Below are positions 31,318 to 40,150 of a stretch of 64,000 nt of DNA, one piece after another. A program made the translations under genes and the position numbers. The notes beneath the pieces were generated by a model, which did no database searches, was not told the origin of the DNA, and saw nothing but the letters and a program-made list of their open reading frames with translations. The stretch's first letter is position 1. Each line of letters opens with the position of its first letter. The stretch is from Candidatus Spongiihabitans sp. (GTDB lineage: Bacteria; Pseudomonadota; Gammaproteobacteria; Arenicellales; Poriferihabitantaceae): the NCBI GenBank assembly GCA_965261425.1, contig OZ253452.1:1697160-1761159 (forward strand), in the 5' to 3' direction.

Positions 31318-31577
31318 TTTTGACTATCCGACTGGCACAGATTGCTGGCGCAGGCAACCAATTGCATATCGAGCGCGTGGCTATGGGTCATCACCAAATA
31401 ATACGCATTGTTCGGGCAGATTTCTACATCGACATCGGGGTTTTGCATCTTGATAAGCCAATGTTCGTGGATAAACTCATCTCGTGAATCAATTCAGCGC
31501 ACCTTGCAAGGCAGGCTGGACAGAATGCGTATCAGTGCCTGCCCGACGGCAACACAACCTTGTTTAGCATGGGTCAT
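31299..31577 (-). pseudogene. remnant: first ~27 codons of xanthine dehydrogenase large subunit (xdhB) fused to a short XdhC-like fragment
   Basis: My minus-strand translation gives MTHAKQGCVAVGQALIR...* starting at an ATGA overlap with the xdhA stop. The same frame continues with DEFIHEHWLIKMQNPDVDVEICPNNAYYLVMTHSHALDMQLVACA. The VMTHSHALD pattern is typical of XdhC/CoxI accessory proteins. The assignment is weak because the fragments are short. Confidence 0.4.
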
Positions 31578-31891
31578 CGCGTAGCGTCATAGTCGGTTAC
31601 TTCGGTTAGCGTGTCCGGTTCGACAAGCTCCAAATACAAACGTGTGAGCAGGTTTTGTGCGACCTGCATACGGGGGTATCCGGCACTCGCCCTGACATCA
31701 TCAATAGGCTGAAAATCCAGCGTCAGTGCTTGCGCTATTGATTTTTCGTTCAGTAATTTTCCACAAAGCACGTTTTCACATTCATAAGCGCGTTTCGGTA
31801 TGACAGCCATGCCACCACAGGCAATGCGGATGGATTGAATGATGGGGTACGCATTTGATTGCGCTAGGCGGATATAGATAGCCATGCACAA
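31574..31891 (-). pseudogene. xdhA: C-terminal fragment of xanthine dehydrogenase small (FAD/Fe-S) subunit XdhA
   Basis: 105 aa: IRIACGGMAVIPKRAYECENVLCGK...FQPIDDVRASAGYPRMQVAQNLLTRLYLEL. This matches the CO-dehydrogenase flavoprotein C-terminal domain pattern (GG.A..P.RA, D.RAS..YR). The N-terminal ~350 aa are absent. Confidence 0.55.
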
Positions 31892-31987
31892 CGCGAAAAT
31901 ATCATCGATGGATTATTTATTCTAAATCTGACTATTAGGTCAACATTTTAGCAACCCTGATGAACTTTGTAAATTCGTTGTCCGTGT

Positions 31988-33319
31988 TCAAGATGAATCA
32001 TCCTCTATGGCGCGCACCACTGCCGGATAGTACAACAGCAAGGTCATCCCGCGCAGCATCATAAAACAAGTCAGTGCCATGAATAAACCGTGATTGTCCC
32101 AAACTGTCTGAAACAAAAACACCATAATCAAATAACCTGCGGTAGAGACCAGCATCGCGTTACGCATGGATTTTGTGTGCCCAGTGCCGATGAACAACCC
32201 ATCGAGTTGGTAACTCCAAAACGAGACTATTGGGGAAATAATCATCCAGATTAAATACTGGTGTGCGGTTTTGATGACTGCGGAAATTTCGGTAAACATC
32301 GCAACCAAGGCATGCCCGAAAAGAAAATAGCCCATGCTGATGACGATTGCCATGCCGGCAGACCACCGCGAAGTAAGCGACACCGCGCGTTTGAAATTGG
32401 TGCTGTTTTTTGCCCCATAAGCACTACCACCCAACGCTTCCACGGCGAATGCGAAGCCATCCAGCCCGTAAGCCATGATACTCTGTAGATGAATCAATAT
32501 GGTGTTTGCCGCGAGTATCAGCTCGCCATAGCGGGCACTTTGTGCGGTAAACAGAGCAAACGCAAACACCAGACACACGGTGCGTATAAATATATTCCCA
32601 TTTGTTCTCATCATTTCTTTCCAAGCATCGGCTGCCAGAATTTGATGCCAATTGGTCGATTTTAATGCTTTAATCAGTGGTTTACGAAGCAGTATAAACC
32701 CGCACAGCGCGGCACCATATTCCGCAATCAGGGTTGCCCAAGCAACACCCGCAACGCCCAACTCTAAAATGGGGACAAACAGCAAATCCAGCGCGATGTT
32801 GGTGAGATTTAGAACCAACTGCAACACCAACGCCAAGCGGGTATTATGCAGACCGATAAAAATTCCGCTGAACACATAGACACAGAGGGTTGCCGGGGCA
32901 CTCCAAAGCCGAATCAGCGCGTATTGCTCGGCAAGCTGTTCGACCTTCGCGCTGCTGTCTATGCAATACAGGGCGAACCGAATGAGCGGATGACCAATCA
33001 CAATAACCACCAGACTAAGCAACAAACTGAGCATCAAAAATCGCAACATAATCGGCAACAGTGTGATTTCGTCATTGGCACCAAAAGCACGCGCAATAAA
33101 ACCGGTCGTTGCCATTCTTAGGAACCCAAATCCCCAATACAGAAAACTAAAAATTAACCCGCCCAACGCGACCGCGCCGATGTAGTGAGGTTCGGGCAGA
33201 TGACCGACAACAGCGGTATCCACCGCGCCCACTAGGGGAACCGATAAATTGGAAATAATCATCGGTCCGGCTAATGCCCAGACGGTACGATTGGTTATTG
33301 ATGGGGTGGTTGAATGCAT
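31988..33319 (-). CDS. MATE-family efflux transporter (DinF-like)
   Basis: Polytopic ORF. The start is taken at MHSTTPSITNRTVWALAGPMIISNLSVPLVGAVDTAVVGHL, inside ORF 31988-33391. Confidence 0.85.
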   Translation of the reverse strand: MHSTTPSITNRTVWALAGPMIISNLSVPLVGAVDTAVVGHLPEPHYIGAVALGGLIFSFLYWGFGFLRMATTGFIARAFGANDEITLLPIMLRFLMLSLLLSLVVIVIGHPLIRFALYCIDSSAKVEQLAEQYALIRLWSAPATLCVYVFSGIFIGLHNTRLALVLQLVLNLTNIALDLLFVPILELGVAGVAWATLIAEYGAALCGFILLRKPLIKALKSTNWHQILAADAWKEMMRTNGNIFIRTVCLVFAFALFTAQSARYGELILAANTILIHLQSIMAYGLDGFAFAVEALGGSAYGAKNSTNFKRAVSLTSRWSAGMAIVISMGYFLFGHALVAMFTEISAVIKTAHQYLIWMIISPIVSFWSYQLDGLFIGTGHTKSMRNAMLVSTAGYLIMVFLFQTVWDNHGLFMALTCFMMLRGMTLLLYYPAVVRAIEDDSS

Positions 33320-33398
33320 GGTTTTAACCACGAATGGATTACAACAAAGTGGGCAGACAAAATACCTGTTCTTTGTAACATCCCTCACCATCGGTGTT

Positions 33399-33547
33399 TC
33401 CTATCATCAGCCATATATGGTATCTTTCGTGTTCAGTCAAATGGGTATATTGTCGCATTATGCACTCCTTTTTCAGGTCAGTTAAAAGAGTCTTAATATA
33501 ACCTTTGGCTGACTTAAGAAGTGTTGCACTTATGATGTGAATGTAAG
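33399..33547 (-). mobile_element. solo left-end fragment of the IS30-family element (149 bp)
   Basis: The reverse complement matches IS30 copy 1 from its terminus CTTACATTCACATC through the first ~20 codons (MRQYTHLTEHERYHIWLMIG). Identity then stops. Confidence 0.88.
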
Positions 33548-33679
33548 CTTTTCAAATGACTGACGTTGCAAGAAAAAACAACCGCGCTGTGTTCGGTCAT
33601 CGGAGTTAAAATTCACGTTTCATTGAGTACCAAATATTTGGTGAACAGAAACACCAAAAAAGTGATAGAATCGGAAATT

Positions 33680-33907
33680 ATGAACACACTTACTTTTGAT
33701 ACGCACGGATTCGTCAAACGACTGATCGCGGCGGGTATGCCAGAGGCGCAAGCTGAAGTACTTGCTAAAGAGCAAACTAACCTGATTGAAAACAATCTCG
33801 CAACGAAGCATGACCTTGAGATTCTCAAGCGTGACCTGACAATCCGTCTTGGCAGTATGTTGGTGGCAGGTATTATTGTTGTCGCGGCACTAGTCAAGTT
33901 ATTGTAG
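33680..33907 (+). CDS. DUF1640-family small coiled-coil membrane protein
   Basis: MNTLTFDTHGFVKRLIAAGMPEAQAEVLAKEQTNLIENNLATKHDLEILKRDLTIRLGSMLVAGIIVVAALVKLL is the typical DUF1640 pattern with a C-terminal TM segment. The start is taken inside ORF 33566-33907. Confidence 0.65.
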   Translation: MNTLTFDTHGFVKRLIAAGMPEAQAEVLAKEQTNLIENNLATKHDLEILKRDLTIRLGSMLVAGIIVVAALVKLL

Positions 33908-33926
33908 TTTACTCAGCGGAAACGAA

Positions 33927-34046
33927 ATGAGCACAACATTTTATGCGGTCGCATTGCCATTGGCTGTTTTGGTTCTTATCTTGTTATTCAGCAATTACCA
34001 GCAAGACAAAGACATAAAATCGGAAGACCACGTCAAGCCTGAATAA
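33927..34046 (+). CDS. possible 39-aa membrane peptide (hypothetical)
   Basis: My translation gives MSTTFYAVALPLAVLVLILLFSNYQQDKDIKSEDHVKPE*. It is below the ORF-track size cutoff. Support is only a hydrophobic helix and tight spacing after the DUF1640 gene. Confidence 0.2.
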   Translation: MSTTFYAVALPLAVLVLILLFSNYQQDKDIKSEDHVKPE

Positions 34047-34049
34047 GGT

Positions 34050-35286
34050 TCAGTCCGGCACTAAACCTTGAGGATACCGTCAAACTGTCTTGGAAACAAA
34101 CCGCCCAATACTCGTTCGCAGATGCCCTAATTAGTGGAACATAAGTCATTATCCAAACTAGATGATGTGCATGAAATTATCGATTGGAAACAGATCGAAA
34201 CCACATTCAGCCATCTTTATGCCTCCAAGCGCGGTGTGCCAGCATACCCACCTTTGATGATGTTTAAGATACTCATTTTACAAGCCTGGTATAACTTAAG
34301 CGATGAAGCCTTAGAAGAGCAGCTAGCCCGAGATTTAATGTTCCGCCGGTTTATTGGTTTGAGTCTCAGCGAAGCGGTACAGGATCATTCCGCTATTTGG
34401 CGGTTTCGGAACTCACTTACACACCGAGCAACTGCTTGAACCTTTATTGGGGCAGATCAATCATCATCTCGCTAAAAACAGTCTTATTGTTGCTCAAGGC
34501 TCGGTCAATATTATCGATGCGACTGTGATTGAGGCGAAGCAATGCCGTTCTAAAAAGAACAAACAAGGCAACAATACCCAAGACCCAGAAGCGGCATGGA
34601 ACGTGAAAACGGCGGCGGACGGTAAGCGTAAAAGCCCCTATGGATTTAAGCTGCACGCCAATACCGATGAAGATGGCTTTATCAAGAAAATAACCACTAC
34701 CCCTGGCAATGTGCATGATTCATTGCATGATTTTGGGGAGTTTGAACATCTGTTAGGCGATAGGCGCGGACAAGTTTATGCAGACAGTGCCTATACCCAC
34801 AGGGCACAAGTGCCAACAAAGGCAATGACGAGAAACTGGGTAAAGAAAACAATAGAATCCTGCACCGGGCTTATCGCAACACACCATTAACGGAGCAACA
34901 AAAAGCGCAGAATAAAATGTATAGCAGTGTCCGCTATGTGGTTGAACGCACCTTTGGCTTACTCAAACTGCATCACGGATTAGGCAAGGCAAGATACATG
35001 GGGTTAGCCAGAAACAAAACCCGCGCACAGCTGATTGCCATGAGCCATAACCTTAAAACTGGGATGAATATTTTCAAAGAACTGCAACGTTTAAAGGAGA
35101 TTTGCGCCTAAATGGGCAATAAAACAGATTAAACCCACTAAAAGCGGTTAAAAGTGCCGAAATAGAGGCTTTTTTGGTGTCGTATTGATGATTGAGAGAA
35201 CATGGGCGAAAAAATGAGGCAAGTTTATAAAAAATCACGTTGTTTGTGATTTGCGCCGAGTGTTTTGTGGATTATGCAAAAGTCTC
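34050..35286 (+). mobile_element. IS5-family insertion sequence, degenerate (5' end missing, transposase in at least 4 pieces)
   Basis: KLSWKQTAQYSFADAL has no start codon. It is followed by ORFs 34134-34439 (YPPLMMFKILILQAWYNLSDEALEEQL), 34447-34890 (IIDATVIEA...YGFKLHANTDEDGFI...VYADSAY) and 34917-35111 (VRYVVERTFGLLK...ARY.GL). These are classic IS5-family DDE motifs interrupted by stops and frameshifts. The right boundary is placed at the R2 motif GGATTATGCAAAAGTCTC (35269-35286). The left boundary is approximate. Confidence 0.7.
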
Positions 35287-35337
35287 TAAAAGTATGATAC
35301 TCTTATGACATGGATAGAATGCGGGGATATATATTTA

Positions 35338-35482
35338 GAAACCTCTTGCATAATTCAAAAAACGGAAGTGTGGCTTTACCTATTTTTGCTCCTGCAAAAT
35401 CAGTATCCTATACATAAGCCCCGCTATTTACGATGATTTTGCGTGGCTGAAGCCACTTCCGACAATCATGCAAAAGTCTGAC
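35338..35482. repeat. ~145-bp MITE-like unit with R2-type inverted termini
   Basis: The left end is GAAACCTCTTGCATAATTC and the right end is AATCATGCAAAAGTCTGAC. There is an internal inverted repeat CGGAAGTGTGGCTT...AAGCCACTTCCG. The unit ends just upstream of the GGAGGAGG Shine-Dalgarno of the lipoprotein gene. Confidence 0.4.
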
Positions 35483-36050
35483 TTTTTTGGAGGAGGTGTA
35501 CAATTGAATAAGCCAAAACAATTTTCTGATACACAACGTTTAAGGAAAAAAACACTGTTAGTTGCACTTGTTGCCATGGCTTTAGCTGGTTGTGGAAGTG
35601 ATATGGATATCGTCAAAGCCGGGACTATGGAATTCAACAAAACAATAACAATTGAGCAAGCATTTGATAACTGGAAAAGTTGTAAAAAACGAGATTGGAC
35701 GAAGTTTGAGACGGATAGTGGTGTCAAGGTCGTTCAATTCACCTGCCAGCACAGTATTTCTCAACTTACGAGCAAGTTAAAAAGCCGATTAAATAACAAG
35801 GCAGATGATTATCTCGCTAACGTGTCCGCTTTGGATATCGTGTCCCTCTCATCAATATTCTCGTTTACAATTAATCAAGACGACACATTCCAAATTTATG
35901 ATGTCCAACGAAGATTAGTTTGGAAAGATGGTAGCTATGAGAGAGTTGTTAAAGGTGAGCACGGATTTGTCCCTACGAGGACTACGGCGATAAGAGAGCT
36001 GAAATCAGTCTATTCCAATACTTTGATTGAGGATTATCCAGCTTTATTTA

Positions 36051-37823
36051 GAGTCTGCTCACAAAGTCGGTTTTGGATATTTGAATCTGTCCCAGCCAAG
36101 CAATTGGCACAATCCGTACCCGTCCAATCGTAATTGGTGTCGCCAAGTGTTCGTTATCGACCTTATTAGTCGCCTTATTTTGGGCACAAAAAAGACCTTC
36201 AGCAGGATGAGCAGGTTCATGACTAGGAAAATGCTGTTGATCCATGCAACCGAAGTGTCTGCTCGCTTGGCACGGATGTAATTCAGCCGATAACCGTTCT
36301 TTGCCTGACCAAATTTGCCTTCTATTGGAATCCGTTGTAGGTAATCCGCCCGGCGTTGGGCTTTTAATTGCTTCAACACCTCCCGATTCGCTTCTGTTAC
36401 CTGTTTGGGTCTGCCTAATGGCTTGCCCGAAAAACGGATGCCCAATCCTTTCAAGTAGTGCCGGTTCTCTCGACTACCATATATCGGATCACCGATAACG
36501 CTTACGGGATAGCAACCATAACGTTCATGGTAACGCTCAACCTGACCCTGCAAATCATGCCCCTCATGAAACGCATCCCAACTTAAATGATCAACTCGGG
36601 ATAACCCGTGTGCCGTTAAACTCACGCTCAACTTCGAACCAAACTCAACCGACTTACCTTGCTTACCTCGCACTATCGGACGCACATACGGTTGATGAAT
36701 GCTCACAATCCGATTATCACAGCGTCGGCTTTTGTTGCGGTACATCTGCCATTGCTGTGCATAGACATGCTGAATGACCCAGTAGTGGTATAGCAGCCTG
36801 CGTGACAAAGGCAACGCCGTGCCCATCGGGAAACAATCCATTAAACCCTCAATATGACCAAAATTGCGCCGCAAGTATTGCAGTTGTTGCTTGATCGCTC
36901 GTTGGGTCGCTTGACGCTTGGGACGACGCTGTTTGACCAACCCGAGAAAATCTTTACGTGCTTGGCGACGATAGGTGCGTGGTTTCTGACTGAACTCCGT
37001 GTGTGGATACAATTCGTCAATGATCCGTTCCGTCATCTCACGCGCTTCATTCAGTAAACTTAAATCCGTGGGATACCGTATCGCTTGCTCTGCCACAGTC
37101 GCATCGATTATCAACTTACCTTCGTGGCTGGGTGCTTCCACAGTGGTGGCAGGCGAAATTGGGGAATTATCCTCCCCTTGTGGGTCTTGATTGGGTTTTG
37201 GCTCTGGTTTTGGCTCTGGCACGGACTCTGGCTCTGATTCATCACCCGACTTGTTGGTCTGTGTGGATGCCTTCAAACCATCCTTAACGCTGCGTTGCGG
37301 CACGACCTGCGCCTTTTCCACAGCACCAATAATCGCTTGATGGAACACTTCAAAAACAGTATCCCCCATACGCTTGCGTACTTCAACCAGCAACGAGGGT
37401 ACAAACGGGACTGATCTTTGATAACCGGCAAGCCCGACAAAGTATTGCAGATACGGATTCTCCTGAATCTGACTCACCGTTTCCCGATCAGACAACCCTA
37501 GTTTGTGTTTGATGATCACCGCACCGATGACTAAACGAGCATCTTTTGCTGGCCGACCCCGCTTTGACGAGAGGCTTTTATGATAGCCCTGTGCTAACCC
37601 ATCCCATGGAATGCACTGACCTAGTTTCACCCAGCGGTTGTGTGCATCAAGAGCGGTGTGAAACGGCCAGTCAAATTCTGCGATAGTACGTTGGTTGGAA
37701 TCGTTATAATCAATCATAGCTGCAAGGTTTTAGAGGTTGTTGGGCTGATTTCCATGCAGAATTATACCACAAAATCACTATTACTTGTTTATATTCAGAT
37801 AGATATATTTTATGAGCAGGGTC
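36051..37823 (-). mobile_element. IS5-family (IS1182-group-like) insertion sequence, copy 1, 1773 bp, flanked by 6-bp duplication TATTTA
   Basis: Ends are GAGTCTGCTCACA and TATGAGCAGGGTC (imperfect 13-bp inverted repeat). TATTTA occurs at 36045-36050 and 37824-37829. Confidence 0.9.
36059..37717 (-). CDS. IS5/IS1182-type DDE transposase (552 aa, intact)
   Basis: The N-terminal domain has GRPAKDARLVIGAVIIKHKLGLSDRETVSQIQENPYLQYFVGL, followed by a PEPKPEPKP linker. The C-terminal DDE region has IIDATVAEQAIRYPTD...VIGDPIYGSRENR...RIPIEGKFGQAKNGY. It differs from copies 2 and 3 by one residue (RSITN vs GSITN). Confidence 0.9.
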   Translation of the reverse strand: MIDYNDSNQRTIAEFDWPFHTALDAHNRWVKLGQCIPWDGLAQGYHKSLSSKRGRPAKDARLVIGAVIIKHKLGLSDRETVSQIQENPYLQYFVGLAGYQRSVPFVPSLLVEVRKRMGDTVFEVFHQAIIGAVEKAQVVPQRSVKDGLKASTQTNKSGDESEPESVPEPKPEPKPNQDPQGEDNSPISPATTVEAPSHEGKLIIDATVAEQAIRYPTDLSLLNEAREMTERIIDELYPHTEFSQKPRTYRRQARKDFLGLVKQRRPKRQATQRAIKQQLQYLRRNFGHIEGLMDCFPMGTALPLSRRLLYHYWVIQHVYAQQWQMYRNKSRRCDNRIVSIHQPYVRPIVRGKQGKSVEFGSKLSVSLTAHGLSRVDHLSWDAFHEGHDLQGQVERYHERYGCYPVSVIGDPIYGSRENRHYLKGLGIRFSGKPLGRPKQVTEANREVLKQLKAQRRADYLQRIPIEGKFGQAKNGYRLNYIRAKRADTSVAWINSIFLVMNLLILLKVFFVPKIRRLIRSITNTWRHQLRLDGYGLCQLLGWDRFKYPKPTL

Positions 37824-38002
37824 TATTTAGGTATAAGGGCTTTATTATGCGATCAGATGGCTTTATTATGCGATCAGAGCGGATGACTACAAGCCAAGAT
37901 ATTCGACCTTACTACGATGAACGCACGACGCACTAAATTATAACCAACGAGGGCAAATAAAATGAAAATGAGTTTCCTAAATCCCCAGTTATACCAACGG
38001 CT

Positions 38003-39066
38003 CTATTGATTGACTGTTTTGGTCCAATTACGTGATGTAATTGATGTGATTGCCTGTTTGTCCTCTGCGAAGAAATTCCAGGCATCGCAGCATTTGTCGA
38101 CAATCTCATCGTAGGATTCAAACACAGAGATTGCCAGCTTGTTGGCGCGCAGGTAGGCCCAAACGTTTTCCATCGGGTTGAGTTCTGGCGCATAGGGCGG
38201 GAGTTTGAGCAGGGTGATGTTGTCGGGTACTTCCAGTTTTGCTGATCCGTGCCAGCCTGCACCGTCGAGGATGAGCAAGGCATGGGCACCTGCCGCGACC
38301 GTCCTGGCGATCTCGCACAGATGTGCATTCATAGCGGACGTGTCCGCATGCGGCATGATCAGCGCAGCAGCCTCGGCGCGTTCGGGACAAACCGCGCCGA
38401 AGATATAGCCCGACGTATAACGTGTATCACGCGGCGCGCGCGGCCGGGTTCCCCGTTCGGCCCATATACGTGTCAGCGTCCCTTGCTGACCCACACGAGC
38501 TTCGTCCTGAAACCAAATCTCCAATGGTTTGCCGCAGGCCGTTTTGGACAGAACGGCCGCTACCTCTGCAGCGAAGTTTTTTTAAACGCATCCTGCGCAT
38601 CCGGGTCGGATTTCGGATGCTGCGGGCGCACAGACAAGCGTCGAAAACCAAGTTTTACCAGTTGTTTGCTAACGGTCCGCTCATGCATGACAACGCCAAA
38701 GCGCTCCTCAATCTTGCGCTTGAGGTCAATGCGCCGCCAGCGCACCACGCCGTCCGTTTCGGGATCCGGCCCCTCACGCACAAGCGATGCCAACTCCGCC
38801 TTCTGTGCCACGCTGAGCAGGGGTTGCCGTCCTGGCGAACGCCGGTTCGAGAGCCCCTCAATCCCCGCGTCATTGTAACGGTGTACCCAGTCACGCAACG
38901 TCTGGCGGTCCATCCCGCAGTTCTCGGCCGCCGTCTTGCGGTCAGTGCCGTCCAAAATCAACGCAATCGCCAGCATCCGTCGGGCCGCTTTCGCGTCCCT
39001 GCACGCCGCTGCGGCGCACCGAAGATCGCAGGCCGACTTGTCCGTTCGCATAATCTCTACTGTCAT
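38003..39066 (-). CDS. IS630-family transposase, two ORFs joined by a -1 shift at an A7 run
   Basis: OrfA (38560-39066) has the HTH segment LRDWVHRYNDAGIEGL. OrfB (38003-38524) has WFQDEARVGQQG, ILDGAGWH and NPMENVW (DDE). OrfB lies in the -1 frame. Reading ...DAFKK then slipping back one base gives NFAAEVAAVLSKTACGKPLEIWFQDEAR, a continuous IS630-like sequence. Confidence 0.8.
38577..38583 (-). promoter_or_regulatory. A7 slippery run (TTTAAAAAAAC on the coding strand) at the IS630 orfA/orfB junction
   Basis: The run sits in the window where a -1 shift fuses the two ORFs. Such runs support ribosomal or transcriptional slippage in several IS families. It could also be a plain 1-nt indel. Confidence 0.45.
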
Positions 39067-39397
39067 TAATACCTCCTATGATGATGACTACTGAATCACT
39101 TCAAATTCCCCGTGGAAAGTACAAAGTGTCAAATCCTTGGGCCGTTGGTATTAGATGATGATTGTGAACAAAAATGATTTGACCAAATCGGCCAGAGTAC
39201 TGGTCACTTATTTGGGATATACGGCTATCGCTTGTGGGCTGGCTTTGCCGGCTTATGGGGGGCATGAGGTAGGGCATCCGCCCGCGACAGGTCTACCAGA
39301 AGCCTGGGCATCTCTTACATCTACTGGTGCAATTAGCCCTAATTGCCCTAAAGTCGATGCATCTGGAATGCCTGTAGACATCAACGCTGCAGGCGCA

Positions 39398-39552
39398 ATA
39401 AAGTCTGGAGCTATAGCGATCACTGGCGTTACCACCAGCGACACGGGAAATCCTTCCTCGTATGCCGATGTCTGTAATGCAGTGGCTGGAACCGATGACA
39501 GCCTTGCTATTGGCGACAGCGCGAAGGTGGAGTTGTACGAAGGGGCGGCACC
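39398..39552 (+). repeat. left copy of the 155-bp direct repeat (target duplication) flanking the IS1634-like element
   Basis: Matches 43245-43399 with a single mismatch (GCGACAGC vs GCGCCAGC). Both copies encode IKSGAIAITGVTTSDTGNPSSYADVCNAVAGTDDSLAIG.SAKVELYEGAAP in the adhesin frame. Confidence 0.85.
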
Positions 39553-40150
39553 CTGACTTCGACGGTTCACACTCATAACTCATTGATTTATAAGGAAACA
39601 CAAAAATACCTAGGCACTACAAATGCCCAGATATTGAAGAATTATGTCAATTAGTACAGTGGGTAAGCTGTGGTAATCGCTTTTAATCCCATCACAGCAT
39701 AGATTTTTTTTGCCTCTGGATTGATTTGAGAAGGCATGACATAACGCTGTTTGGTGCGCTTGTGTTTGAACACACTATGTTGCACATGAATCAAGGCATT
39801 ACGAATAACTTCAGGGGATAAGGCTTTGTGTTGTAGCTTGATTCGATACATTAGCTGTCTGATGCAGGCAAAAGCCATGAACGAAATAGCAATGTGGGCA
39901 CGCACCCTGGAAGGTGTCCAGTGGTAGATAGGGCGTACTTTTAAGTCATGTTTAGTGATGCGGAAACTTTCTTCAACCTGCCATAAGCCGCGATAGTGTG
40001 ATAACACTTCTTGGTGCGGCGTATCGGGCAAATTGGTAATCACCCCATGCAAGCCGTCCCAACGGCTTTCGGCATCAATTTTATCCTGGTTGATACTCAG
40101 GCTGGTTTTTCCTTTGATAATCAGAAACTTTTTATAGCCGTAGTTATTTA

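Larger units (their letters stand above)
35504..37936 (+). pseudogene. hypothetical lipoprotein gene interrupted by the 1773-bp IS (copy 1)
   Basis: Lipobox LVALVAMALAGCGSD. The likely start is TTG 35504, 7 nt after GGAGGAGG; the alternative ATG is at 35468. The frame is cut at 36050. After removal of the IS plus one TATTTA copy it continues in frame as ...ALFRYKGFIMRSDGFIMRSERMTTSQDIRPYYDERTTH* (to 37936). Confidence 0.7.
37992..39150 (-). mobile_element. IS630-family insertion sequence (1159 bp) flanked by TA
   Basis: Termini are TACCAACGGCTCTATTGATTGAC (37992-) and GTCAAATCCTTGGGCCGTTGGTA (-39150). It ends 4 nt before the ATG of the adhesin gene. Confidence 0.85.

Noticed and set aside
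31330-31350. Sigma-54 promoter-like TGGCACAGATTGCT
   Set aside because: The GG-to-GC spacing is two bases too short compared with TGGCAC-N5-TTGC. The site also lies inside the XdhC-like gene remnant.
38249-39069. 209-aa and 215-aa plus-strand ORFs across the IS630 element
   Set aside because: They are antisense to the IS630 transposase, which has clear family motifs. They are Arg/Ser/Pro-rich with no recognisable domain. I treat them as shadow ORFs.
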